A stretch of DNA of 64,000 nt. It comes from Candidatus Bathyarchaeia archaeon. GTDB lineage: Archaea; Thermoproteota; Bathyarchaeia; Bathyarchaeales; Bathycorpusculaceae. The stretch spans positions 32,001 to 96,000 of the forward strand of contig JAVZLM010000008.1 of NCBI GenBank assembly GCA_038883775.1. Reading direction: 5' to 3'. The position numbers and the translations under genes were made by a program. Below, piece by piece: positions 28,841 to 37,276 of this stretch. The notes below the pieces were generated by a model. The model was not told the DNA's origin. It saw only the letters and a program-made list of their open reading frames with translations, and did no database searches. How positions within the stretch are numbered: the first letter of the stretch is position 1; the number at the start of each line of letters is the position of its first letter.

Positions 28841-29818
28841 TTGTTCGAGGGAATGCTGATTAACGCTTTGATTCTCCTTGTTTCGCTATTAATACTTGAT
28901 AAAGCCAGCGATTGGACTATTACTAATTCTGTTAGGGTTGCGGACATAACTGGTTTTGGAAAAACGACGGTAGGCTTTATACTGGTTGCTTTCGCCACAT
29001 CCCTACCAGAACTTTCAGTGTCAATTTTCGCAGCGATTGGACAAGAATCCATAGGTGTAGCCATAGGCAATGTTTTAGGCTCAAATATTGTAAACGTTTG
29101 CCTAATTCTTGGCTTGTGCTTTGTAATGGCGGCATTAAAAAACTCGAATTATACGGTACTCATTCCAGCCATGGCGAAAGAAGATGTGGGAAGCCTATAT
29201 TTTGGCTTATTCATAGCTTCAATAATCCCATTAACGCTGCTTTACATTGGCTATGCAAGTAGATTCATAGGAATAATCCTCATCGCAATTTTCATATTCT
29301 ACATTTATCAGCTTTCAAAAATACGTAGAATAAAAGAGGAAAGCAGTTTAGGAAGGGAAAAGGAAAAACTTGGCAAATACGCTTTTCTAACCTTTCTGGG
29401 CGCGGCCTTAGTGGTCGCCAGCTCATATTTTATTGTTGACTCAGCCTCCTACATTGCAGAGGGTATAGGCATTCCAAAGGTTGTTATTGGCGCTACCGTT
29501 GTAGCTTTTGGCACAAGCCTGCCAGAGTTGGCTACGAGCATTGATGCTACAAGAAAGGGACATTTAGACTTGGCTTTGGGAAATATTGTTGGAAGCTGTT
29601 TCATAAACATAACATGCATTTTGGGCGTAACATTAACAGCCTCAACATTGAGGGTTAATATGAACGCTTTCTCAGACCTTGTCATGTTTTCGCTTATAAC
29701 AAATCTTCTTTTATGGTATTTTCTTTCAAGCGAAAAAATCAGCTGGAGGGAAGGCGCAGTTTTGCTATTCATATATTTCATGTTCTTAACTATCAATTTT
29801 AGCGGCTACAAACTTTAA
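28841..29818 (+). CDS. Na+/Ca2+ antiporter (CaCA, YrbG-like)
   Basis: ATSLPE...GNVLGSN; GTSLPE...GNIVGS. Confidence 0.9.
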   Translation: MFEGMLINALILLVSLLILDKASDWTITNSVRVADITGFGKTTVGFILVAFATSLPELSVSIFAAIGQESIGVAIGNVLGSNIVNVCLILGLCFVMAALKNSNYTVLIPAMAKEDVGSLYFGLFIASIIPLTLLYIGYASRFIGIILIAIFIFYIYQLSKIRRIKEESSLGREKEKLGKYAFLTFLGAALVVASSYFIVDSASYIAEGIGIPKVVIGATVVAFGTSLPELATSIDATRKGHLDLALGNIVGSCFINITCILGVTLTASTLRVNMNAFSDLVMFSLITNLLLWYFLSSEKISWREGAVLLFIYFMFLTINFSGYKL

Positions 29819-29900
29819 AGAAACGTTTCACTTAGAACCTCAATTGTGCGCTGCAAACGAGAAAATGAAAGTTTTTAAACTTTCTTAAAATTATTTTCAG

Positions 29901-31067
29901 TTGTGTTTGGATGTGTTTGATTACGTTTTAATTCACTATGGTGAGTTGGGGCTTAAAGGGTTAAATAAACCAAGTTTCGAGAGGAAATTGGTTGAAAATA
30001 TAGTTAAAGCTCTTGATGGAGTGGAATATGAGAAGATAAGGAAAATTCAGGGAAGAATTCTCTTAGAGCTTTCGGAAAAATCTGACTTGGGAAAAATTGA
30101 GGAAGCCCTCAAGAAGGTTTTTGGAATATCGTGGTTCGCCTTTTGTTTCACCACAGAAGCCAAACTAGACGCTATAAAACAGCTGCTGAATAAAAATTTC
30201 ATAATTGAGGCTGGCACAAAATTGAAAGTTTCAGCAAAAAGGGCGGATAAGACATTACCTTTCACGTCTATGGATGTAAACCGTGAATTAGGAACTTATC
30301 TCATCAAAAAATTCAATGCGCAAATTTCCTTGAAAGAACCGCAAAAAGAGATATTTGTTGAACTTGCAGAAGGAAAAGCCTATGTTTTTGACAAGAAAAT
30401 TAGGGGGTTATACGGTTTACCCGTTGGTGTTTCGGGAAAAGTTTTACACTTGTTGTCTGGCGGGATAGATTCGCCAGTGGCTGCATGGCTTCTAATGAAG
30501 AGGGGCTGCCAAACAGATTTTCTACATTTCCACGCCTTCCAAAATTTTGACGAGAAAAAGTGCCAAAAAATTTTGAAATTAGCAAAGGTTTTAGCCCAAT
30601 ACAACCCAAACCCAACGGCGTTTTTTGTTCCATTTTATCCCTTCGAAGCCGAAGCCGTTGAAGCACCAGCCAAGTATAGGCTTGTCCTATTCAGAAGGTT
30701 TATGGTTAGAGTTGCAGAGGAAATAGCCAAAAAACATGAAATAAAGGCTTTAGGAAGCGGCGAGAATCTGGCGCAGGTTTCATCCCAAACCTTAGAGAAT
30801 ATGGCCGTAATAAGCCAAGCAACAACGCTTCCAATACTAAGACCGTTGTTGACATATGAGAAGAATGAAACGGTTAATTTAGCAAAACAAATTGGAACTT
30901 TCGAAATTTCCATTCAGCCATATAAGGACTGTTGCACCCTATTTTTAACAAAGCATCCAGCAACAAAAGCCAAACTAGAAATTGTGGAAGCCTTTGAAAA
31001 GAAAATGAACCTAAACGAAGCCATAAAAGAAAGCCTCGAAAAAACCGAAACTGTAGAAATAAAGTAG
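29901..31067 (+). CDS. thiI: tRNA 4-thiouridine synthase ThiI
   Basis: YGELGLKG, THUMP domain, PP-loop LSGGIDS, QVSSQT, DCC. Confidence 0.93.
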   Translation: MCLDVFDYVLIHYGELGLKGLNKPSFERKLVENIVKALDGVEYEKIRKIQGRILLELSEKSDLGKIEEALKKVFGISWFAFCFTTEAKLDAIKQLLNKNFIIEAGTKLKVSAKRADKTLPFTSMDVNRELGTYLIKKFNAQISLKEPQKEIFVELAEGKAYVFDKKIRGLYGLPVGVSGKVLHLLSGGIDSPVAAWLLMKRGCQTDFLHFHAFQNFDEKKCQKILKLAKVLAQYNPNPTAFFVPFYPFEAEAVEAPAKYRLVLFRRFMVRVAEEIAKKHEIKALGSGENLAQVSSQTLENMAVISQATTLPILRPLLTYEKNETVNLAKQIGTFEISIQPYKDCCTLFLTKHPATKAKLEIVEAFEKKMNLNEAIKESLEKTETVEIK

Positions 31068-31135
31068 GCTAAACCGAAAATCTAGAGAGGGAGGGTCACT
31101 ATTGGCTGATTTTCAAACCAAAAGTATGGAGAAAA

Positions 31136-31483
31136 TTAACGTTTCTTTCTCTTCGCCTTCTTCGTGTCATCAAATTTTCTCTTTTTCTTTCCAAAAAATT
31201 CTGGATACCGCTGCACATCCTCATGAATTGGTCTTGGAATATTAGTTCTTGGAAAATAAGCATCCATACGCCCTTCAGGAGGCACTAATGGATATTTTGG
31301 CTTTTCCTTTTTGTAAACAAAATGATAGAGAAAATAAAGGTATACAAGGAAACAGCCAAAAAAAGAAAGCGAGTAAAGAAACAATTTAGCCAAAAGAGAG
31401 AAGAAAATGAAGGGTGTGAATAGGCAGATTCCAAAAATAAGGAAAAACCAAAATTTAATTTTCCTCTTCAAAGCCTTCTCCAA
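31136..31483 (-). CDS. Hypothetical membrane protein
   Basis: Two TM helices and a basic tail. Confidence 0.55.
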   Translation of the reverse strand: MEKALKRKIKFWFFLIFGICLFTPFIFFSLLAKLFLYSLSFFGCFLVYLYFLYHFVYKKEKPKYPLVPPEGRMDAYFPRTNIPRPIHEDVQRYPEFFGKKKRKFDDTKKAKRKKR

Positions 31484-31567
31484 ACAATCTTCGCCAAACT
31501 AACTATTACGCTTTATGCTCTTTTCAGTTTGCCTTTAAATAACCAAATAAGAATATTTCTTTTAGCC

Positions 31568-32467
31568 ATGTCCTCTGCTGAAATCGCCGTTCAAGTGTTC
31601 CGCACACTAGAAAATGAAGACATTAGAATACTGCAAGTCATAGAAGCAGCAAAAAGCAAACATGAATTTGTTCCAAAAGAAATTATAGCAAAATATGCAA
31701 AATTCAGCCCAGAAGAAACAGAATTTCGCCTAAACCGCCTAAACAAATTAAAACTCGTATACAGAATGAAGGGCGCCTATGTGGGCTACACGCTAAATTA
31801 TGCGGGCTACGATTGTTTAGCAATAAACGCCCTCGTAAAAGCTGGAATAATCGAAGCCTTCGGAAAACCTTTAGGCGTAGGCAAAGAAGCGGACGTTTAC
31901 GACGCCCTAAACCCAAAAGGCGAAAGAATAGCCGTAAAATTCCATAGACTGGGCAGAATAAGCTTTCGCCAAACAATAAGAAAAAGAGGCTACATAACTG
32001 AGCATGCCAACTGGCTTTATCAATCAAGACTTGCCGCAGAAAAGGAATTTGAAGCCTTAAAACTTGTCTTTCCATGCGGTGTTGCTGTTCCGAAACCCAT
32101 AAGCCAAAACCGCCACGTCCTAGTCATGGGAATGATTGAAGGCGCAGAACTGGCCGAATACAAGGAAATTCCAAAACCAGAAAAAATTCTCAAAGAAATA
32201 TTGCGTAATGTTAGAAAAGCCTATTTCAAAGCTGGTGTAATCCACGCAGACCTAAGCGAATACAATGTTCTCTTAAAGCCTAACATGCACATCCTAATCA
32301 TAGACTGGCCCCAATACGTTAGAAAAGAGCATCCTAATGCCCAACAACTTCTAACAAGGGATGTCAAGAACATTCTGGAATATTTTAAGCGCAAGCACAT
32401 GGTGAAAATAAAACTGAAAGAAGCCTTAGAATATGTGGCTGGTAAAAGCAGAATAATAAGCGCTTAA
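31568..32467 (+). CDS. rio2: RIO2-type Ser/Thr protein kinase
   Basis: N-terminal wHTH; GVGKEADVY, VKFHRLG, IHADLSEYN, IDWPQ. Confidence 0.92.
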   Translation: MSSAEIAVQVFRTLENEDIRILQVIEAAKSKHEFVPKEIIAKYAKFSPEETEFRLNRLNKLKLVYRMKGAYVGYTLNYAGYDCLAINALVKAGIIEAFGKPLGVGKEADVYDALNPKGERIAVKFHRLGRISFRQTIRKRGYITEHANWLYQSRLAAEKEFEALKLVFPCGVAVPKPISQNRHVLVMGMIEGAELAEYKEIPKPEKILKEILRNVRKAYFKAGVIHADLSEYNVLLKPNMHILIIDWPQYVRKEHPNAQQLLTRDVKNILEYFKRKHMVKIKLKEALEYVAGKSRIISA

Positions 32468-32697
32468 TGCACATCAAGTACAATGTAGAGAATGTTGTTT
32501 CCCCGCAACAAAACATTCCCATAATTCGTGATTAACTGGTCTTCTCTGCACTCCGTCGCTCCTTCCAAAAGAATATTCATGTGACCATCACATTTAATCA
32601 TCTTCCCCTTGTACTCGCATCCGTTTTTTAGCACTACGGCAATATTGGCATTTAACTGTTTAACAAGCACATTCAAAGGCTTCTTACTTGGCTCCAT
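32464..32697 (-). CDS. Sm/LSm-family RNA-binding protein
   Basis: Sm1 VVLKNG.EYKG...DGHMNILL; Sm2 LLRGNNILYI. Confidence 0.92.
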   Translation of the reverse strand: MEPSKKPLNVLVKQLNANIAVVLKNGCEYKGKMIKCDGHMNILLEGATECREDQLITNYGNVLLRGNNILYIVLDVH

Positions 32698-32749
32698 GAC
32701 AGCACCAGATGATTATTTACCTTAATACTCATATCCAAAACCACCAAAT

Positions 32750-32762
32750 ATAAAAGTTTTAT
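32750..32762. repeat. Left target-site duplication ATAAAAGTTTTAT
   Basis: Identical 13-mer at 38236-38248; both copies abut the terminal repeats. Confidence 0.8.
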
Positions 32763-32783
32763 CCCCAAACCCAAACCCAAACT
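32763..32783 (+). repeat. Left terminal inverted repeat C(CCCAAA)3CT
   Basis: CCCCAAACCCAAACCCAAACT read directly. Confidence 0.9.
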
Positions 32784-32845
32784 TTAAAAATTGAGACCGA
32801 AGAACCGTGCAGAAGTAGACCAAAAGCACTCAGAGAAAGCGCATA

Positions 32846-33190
32846 ATGTTTATATTACCCTCCCCGAGACATCGATTTATGGGCAACTTTAACGTTTTAT
32901 ATCTTAATCAGATTATTTGTATTGCAATTGCGTTGAATGAACATGGAATTTTGTTGAACCTTGATGATATGCAAATGGGTAGATTAAGTCCGAAACTTTT
33001 GGGGGACATAAACATCGTTCCAATATCTCGGATATATCCTATTCAATTAACTTTGGAAGTGAAAGAAAAAATGAAATCCATTGGTATTGTTGATTTTTGG
33101 GATTATTTATTTTACCAAGAAACAAAAATTAGACAAGAGAAGAAAGACAAAATTGGACGAAGGTCCAGGAAAAGACTTTGGATATTTTAA
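32846..33190 (+). CDS. Hypothetical protein (element)
   Basis: 114-aa ORF just inside the left TIR; no motif recognised. Confidence 0.4.
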   Translation: MFILPSPRHRFMGNFNVLYLNQIICIAIALNEHGILLNLDDMQMGRLSPKLLGDINIVPISRIYPIQLTLEVKEKMKSIGIVDFWDYLFYQETKIRQEKKDKIGRRSRKRLWIF

Positions 33191-33301
33191 ACGTAAACGT
33201 AAACATTGAAACCTTTTAGCATGAACGTTTTATTATGGATATTTTCCATAGAAAAGCATGGAAAAGGTATGGAAAAGAAACGTTCCTTTTTAATGTTTAG
33301 G

Positions 33302-33805
33302 TTAAAGTTCAGAACATTTTAAAATAGGTTCAGTTTTAAGTTTAGGTTTTTGTTCAAGTCTTCTAATAATGCCCTTGACGATTTTTCTGTAAGCCAAAAA
33401 CTCAGCAATTTGGTTCTCTTGAGAGCCATATCTAAACACAATGCGTGGCTCAGGCTTATCCTTCTTCGCAGAAACTCTGAGAGTGCTTCCTTCTTTAATT
33501 GCTTGCATAGTAAACCATTTCTGAAGATTTTTGTTCTGGGAGAGTAGGCTAACCCAAGCCATGATTTTAACGTTCTTTTCCCATGAAACCTTTTTGTCAA
33601 AAACGACATGATAACTGTTTTTTGAGCTTTTGAGAATAATGAACCCTTTTAATTTGAACCATCGCATTGTTCTCATCGCCCAATATTTGACGGTTCTAAA
33701 CTTGGTTTTATCAAAGTCAAGTTTAACCGTATTTTTGTCGGTTATTCCCATGATGAAAGGCAAATTGTTGTTTTCAGCTTTCGATTTCTTTTTCAATCCA
33801 TTCAC
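33302..33805 (-). CDS. Small archaeo-eukaryotic primase (AEP)-like protein
   Basis: Motif I hhhDhD (VKLDFD), motif II (KSSKNSYHVVF), downstream TLRV. No clear motif III Asp. Confidence 0.6.
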   Translation of the reverse strand: MNGLKKKSKAENNNLPFIMGITDKNTVKLDFDKTKFRTVKYWAMRTMRWFKLKGFIILKSSKNSYHVVFDKKVSWEKNVKIMAWVSLLSQNKNLQKWFTMQAIKEGSTLRVSAKKDKPEPRIVFRYGSQENQIAEFLAYRKIVKGIIRRLEQKPKLKTEPILKCSEL

Positions 33806-34085
33806 CTTCTAAGCCATATTTTTCTGGATTTTCTAAGAAGCTTTTAGCCGAAACATGAACAAACCCTTTTGGCATGAATTGATGCGCCTTAATCACGGCT
33901 TTGTAAAGCTCTTTTCCTTTACCATGAAACTCATATCTTCCACTTTGCTCAATTGTTTTGGTTCTCTTAGTCTTTTTCCAATACCTTTGACGTATTCCGT
34001 CTTTGCGTGTTTTCCAATATCTTTGACGCACATAAACCTTAGCTTCATAAGAACCGTAAACAGCTATCTTTTTCGTTTCAGCCAT
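33774..34085 (-). CDS. Basic hypothetical protein with duplicated RQRYWK
   Basis: VRQRYWKTRKDGIRQRYWKK; AGGTGA RBS before MAETKK. Confidence 0.65.
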   Translation of the reverse strand: MAETKKIAVYGSYEAKVYVRQRYWKTRKDGIRQRYWKKTKRTKTIEQSGRYEFHGKGKELYKAVIKAHQFMPKGFVHVSAKSFLENPEKYGLEGEWIEKEIES

Positions 34086-34109
34086 TAACATCACCTTTAT
34101 CTCTTAATC

Positions 34110-34592
34110 TTAAGGTAAAATCGCATTTTTTCTCGAAGATTTAGCCTTCTTTTTGTGCCATAAACCGTATTTATGTCTAATTTTCAAAATTGCTATAAAC
34201 AATTTGTCTAAAACTTCAATTGAAAGCTCTTGTGCTATCCATTTTTCCGTTTGCGGATTACTTACTGTAACAAATTTCGTAGCTGGGCATTTTTTATCGT
34301 GGAAAACCGTAATAAGCCATTTTTCAACCCAGAATTCAAACTCTCTCTCCAAATTTGGGTTTTTATCAAGACGCTTAAACGTAGCATCCTTAATCGTTCC
34401 AATCTTAACAGGCAAACCACTCTTAGTTTTCCCTTTAATATGCAAATCCTTAAACTCAATTGGAAAAGGTTGCGGAATCCAAGGCTCTGGAATCTTACTC
34501 TTAAGAGTAAAATACGTTAATATCCATTGTTTCTGCTCATCTTCACTCATACTTTTCCAATCCTTAGGAAAAACAACATCTTCAAAAGCCAC
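34110..34592 (-). CDS. Hypothetical protein (element)
   Basis: GTG start (MAFEDVVF) after AGGTG; operonic with neighbours. Confidence 0.6.
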   Translation of the reverse strand: MAFEDVVFPKDWKSMSEDEQKQWILTYFTLKSKIPEPWIPQPFPIEFKDLHIKGKTKSGLPVKIGTIKDATFKRLDKNPNLEREFEFWVEKWLITVFHDKKCPATKFVTVSNPQTEKWIAQELSIEVLDKLFIAILKIRHKYGLWHKKKAKSSRKNAILP

Positions 34593-34980
34593 ACTTACCC
34601 ACCTTTCCCATTCTCTCAAGAAGCCAAGCTTCAACACCACTAAGGAAATCAGAAAAAGAGAGATATTGAACCCATTGATAGCGAACTTTCAGTTTTTGCT
34701 TTAGCTTTTTTGTTGGAATATCACCTTCAAGCCACTCATTAACCCAAAACTGCCTTTCAGCATTAGGCATAGGCTCTAAAACCAAATAACGACGCTTTCG
34801 ATAGTCAAGCTCAATGGCTAAAACATGGTTGTCTCTCATATATCGCTTAAGCAAAGGCTTAATCTGTTCAACTGCATACCTTAACGTTTCTCGCTTATGT
34901 TTTGAAGTAGGCTTTACCTTATCAAAAGCTTCTTTTGTCAAACGTAAAGCTTTTAACTGACCTTCAACATTTATACTCAT
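34582..34980 (-). CDS. Hypothetical protein (element)
   Basis: ATG start MSINV; operonic. Confidence 0.6.
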   Translation of the reverse strand: MSINVEGQLKALRLTKEAFDKVKPTSKHKRETLRYAVEQIKPLLKRYMRDNHVLAIELDYRKRRYLVLEPMPNAERQFWVNEWLEGDIPTKKLKQKLKVRYQWVQYLSFSDFLSGVEAWLLERMGKVGKCGF

Positions 34981-35030
34981 ATCTAACCACATCCTTTTTC
35001 TTTTGTAAACTTTGAAAGTCAGTGAAGACG

Positions 35031-35549
35031 TTAGTCTTCTTCTGTTTCTTCGCTTTCTTCAGTTGAAAACCAAGCGTATTGTTCTTCTGAAGGTTCTAAA
35101 GGCTCAAATTTCTCTGCAAACTCTTCAAGCGAAGGCTTAATGAAATAGCCTTCATACCCTATTTGCAGTTTTTCTTTGACTTTTCTCCATTGTTCAGGCG
35201 TTAAGTCCTTAAGCTTCCATCCCTTTTCGCTAAACTTAGCAATGAAACCGTCTTCGCCATCTATCTCAAAACCACCATAGTAAGTTGTGCATTCATTGAG
35301 TAATGCATCAAGTTCTTTATCTGGAATAACAGCCTCTGGATTAGGTTCAGCGGGTTTTTCTATCTCTTCAAAGTATTTTCTGAGAGCCTCACGCACTATT
35401 GAGCCTCTGCTTACGTCTCTTTCGTAGGCTAAATCCTTCAGTTTTTTGAGCCATTTTTCTGGAAGCATTATTTGAACACGCACTAAAGACTCATCGCTAT
35501 CCAAGTCGGGAACTTTTTTCATTTCCAAATCTTCAATTTTTTCGGACAT
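35031..35549 (-). CDS. Ribbon-helix-helix (CopG-like) regulator with acidic C-terminal domain
   Basis: VRVQIMLPEKWLKKLKDLA...VSRGSIVREALRKY; GAGG RBS. Confidence 0.8.
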   Translation of the reverse strand: MSEKIEDLEMKKVPDLDSDESLVRVQIMLPEKWLKKLKDLAYERDVSRGSIVREALRKYFEEIEKPAEPNPEAVIPDKELDALLNECTTYYGGFEIDGEDGFIAKFSEKGWKLKDLTPEQWRKVKEKLQIGYEGYFIKPSLEEFAEKFEPLEPSEEQYAWFSTEESEETEED

Positions 35550-35601
35550 ACTTATCTACCTCATAAATTACCTAATTACCGAAAGATTAATAAACCCTAC
35601 C

Positions 35602-35615
35602 GTAACTATAGTTAC
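35602..35615. promoter_or_regulatory. Perfect palindrome between divergent regulators (putative operator)
   Basis: GTAACTATAGTTAC, with outer CCCTA...TAGGG arms. Confidence 0.55.
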
Positions 35616-35629
35616 CTTAGGGATACGTA

Positions 35630-36166
35630 ATGAAAGAAAGAATGGGAGAAAAATCGGTTCAAATAGGCAAAAGAAACAAAGCCAAAATTATAGCTGAACT
35701 AATCAAAAATCCAATGACATTCACGGAATTGAAAGAAACCTTAGACTTCTCAGCAAAAACTCTGATGTTTCATTTAAGAGATTTGGAAAATGAAGGTTTA
35801 ATACGACGAATTTTAGAAGGAAAATCCATTCTTTATGATGTCATAAAACCGAAAAGCGTCATTGAGCTTAGAAAACAATTCCTTTCAGAACTTCTAAACT
35901 TAAAAGCCTACGATGTAGCTTTAAACGAAAAGACAAAAGCATTATACTATCAATTTTTGAAAACTCTCAAAGAAAGCATTGAAAAGCCAGAACCAGAAGC
36001 AAAAACCACAAAAATCATAGCTAAAACCATTGAAATTCCAAAAGGATTCAAAGGAACAATAAAACAAAAGATAACCAATATGTATGAAAAACCAGAGCTA
36101 AAAGAAACCGAAACCGAACAGTTGAAACCTTATTCCATGAAAAGAAAAAAGAAGGTGAGAACATGA
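35630..36166 (+). CDS. Winged HTH (ArsR-like) regulator
   Basis: PMTFTELKETLDFSAKTLMFHLRDLENEGLIRR; ATGA overlap with cas1. Confidence 0.82.
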   Translation: MKERMGEKSVQIGKRNKAKIIAELIKNPMTFTELKETLDFSAKTLMFHLRDLENEGLIRRILEGKSILYDVIKPKSVIELRKQFLSELLNLKAYDVALNEKTKALYYQFLKTLKESIEKPEPEAKTTKIIAKTIEIPKGFKGTIKQKITNMYEKPELKETETEQLKPYSMKRKKKVRT

Positions 36167-37248
36167 GAGCAAAGCTTCAGAGAATCGTTATAGATAATTG
36201 TGGCTCGTATTTAGGAATGCAGAAAGGCTGTTTTGTTGTTAAGGATAGAGAAGGTAATGTTCAAAGGTTTCCAATGTTTGAGAATGAAATCGGCGAAATT
36301 GTCTTGACAGGTGGGAACTTTGTTAGCACAAGTGTTTTAGCGTCTTGTGGTTTCTGGGATATTCCAATAACTATTATGACAAAGAACTTTAAGCCTATTG
36401 CTGTTCTTAAAAGCTTAGATGATGATAGCCATGTTAAGACACGCATTGCTCAATATGAAGCGTTAAAGAATGGAAAAGGCATAACCATAGCCAAAACCAT
36501 TGTAGAGTCAAAAATTGAAAGCCAAAACATAATCCTCAAAAGATATTCACTCAAACAACTTGACATTATGACTTTGAAAGCCAAAATTGAAAAGTTAGAA
36601 TCCAATAACCTTAAAGACTTGAGAAAAAGGCTCTTACCGATAGAAGGCAAAGCTTCAGAACACTATTTCCATGAAATCTTTAAGCTGTTTCCAAAAGCCA
36701 TTAGAACAGAACAAAGAAAAACTTGGAAGGCTTATGATAGTTTAAACAACACTTTCAACTTAGCCTATACGCTTTTGAAGTTTAGAGTTCACTCTGCAAT
36801 TTTGAAGGCTCACTTAGAACCTTACTTAGGGTTCATGCATTCAGAACAACATGGTAAGCCTTCTTTGGTTTGCGATTTTTGTGAGCTTTACCGCTACATA
36901 ATAGACTCATTCCTAATTGACTTCTCGCAAAATCTAAAACCCAAAGATTTCATTGTTAAAACTGAATGGTATTCCACGAATCGTTTAGGCAAAAGGCAAG
37001 TTTTGAACCGTGAAAAGACTAAGGAATTAACTGAAAATCTTAATCGGTTCTTTGAGACAAAAGTGCCAATAAGCAGAATAAGATACGGTTTTAAACAGCA
37101 AATTGAAACATTGATTAATGAAGAGGCTTTGCTTTTTGCGAAGTATCTTCGAGACGAAAGGGAACAATGGATTCCACGCATCATTCAACTAAACCCTTTT
37201 TTCCATCCACGTTTTATGCGTATGAGAAAAAACTTTTTATCTTTTTAA
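36163..37248 (+). CDS. cas1: Solo Cas1 endonuclease/integrase (putative casposase)
   Basis: N-terminal GSYLG beta domain; RIAQY; catalytic E (IEGKAS), NxxxNxxY, H (YLGFMH), D/E (LVCDFCELYR). Confidence 0.93.
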   Translation: MRAKLQRIVIDNCGSYLGMQKGCFVVKDREGNVQRFPMFENEIGEIVLTGGNFVSTSVLASCGFWDIPITIMTKNFKPIAVLKSLDDDSHVKTRIAQYEALKNGKGITIAKTIVESKIESQNIILKRYSLKQLDIMTLKAKIEKLESNNLKDLRKRLLPIEGKASEHYFHEIFKLFPKAIRTEQRKTWKAYDSLNNTFNLAYTLLKFRVHSAILKAHLEPYLGFMHSEQHGKPSLVCDFCELYRYIIDSFLIDFSQNLKPKDFIVKTEWYSTNRLGKRQVLNREKTKELTENLNRFFETKVPISRIRYGFKQQIETLINEEALLFAKYLRDEREQWIPRIIQLNPFFHPRFMRMRKNFLSF

Positions 37249-37276
37249 TCGAAAGGATACTGTGAAGAGATGAGTA

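Noticed and set aside
33190-33300. Short repeats ACGTAA x2 and ATGGAAAAG x2 between convergent ORFs
   Set aside because: Too short and too few to separate from chance in AT-rich DNA, though an origin role cannot be excluded.
34582-34640. Programmed frameshift joining two element ORFs
   Set aside because: A GTG start with an AGGTG RBS at 34592 explains the second ORF as an ordinary overlapping gene.
34153-34704. 183-aa plus-strand ORF and similar long antisense ORFs (e.g. 38582-39034, 39326-39832, 61696-62250)
   Set aside because: They are shadow frames of better-supported genes on the opposite strand.
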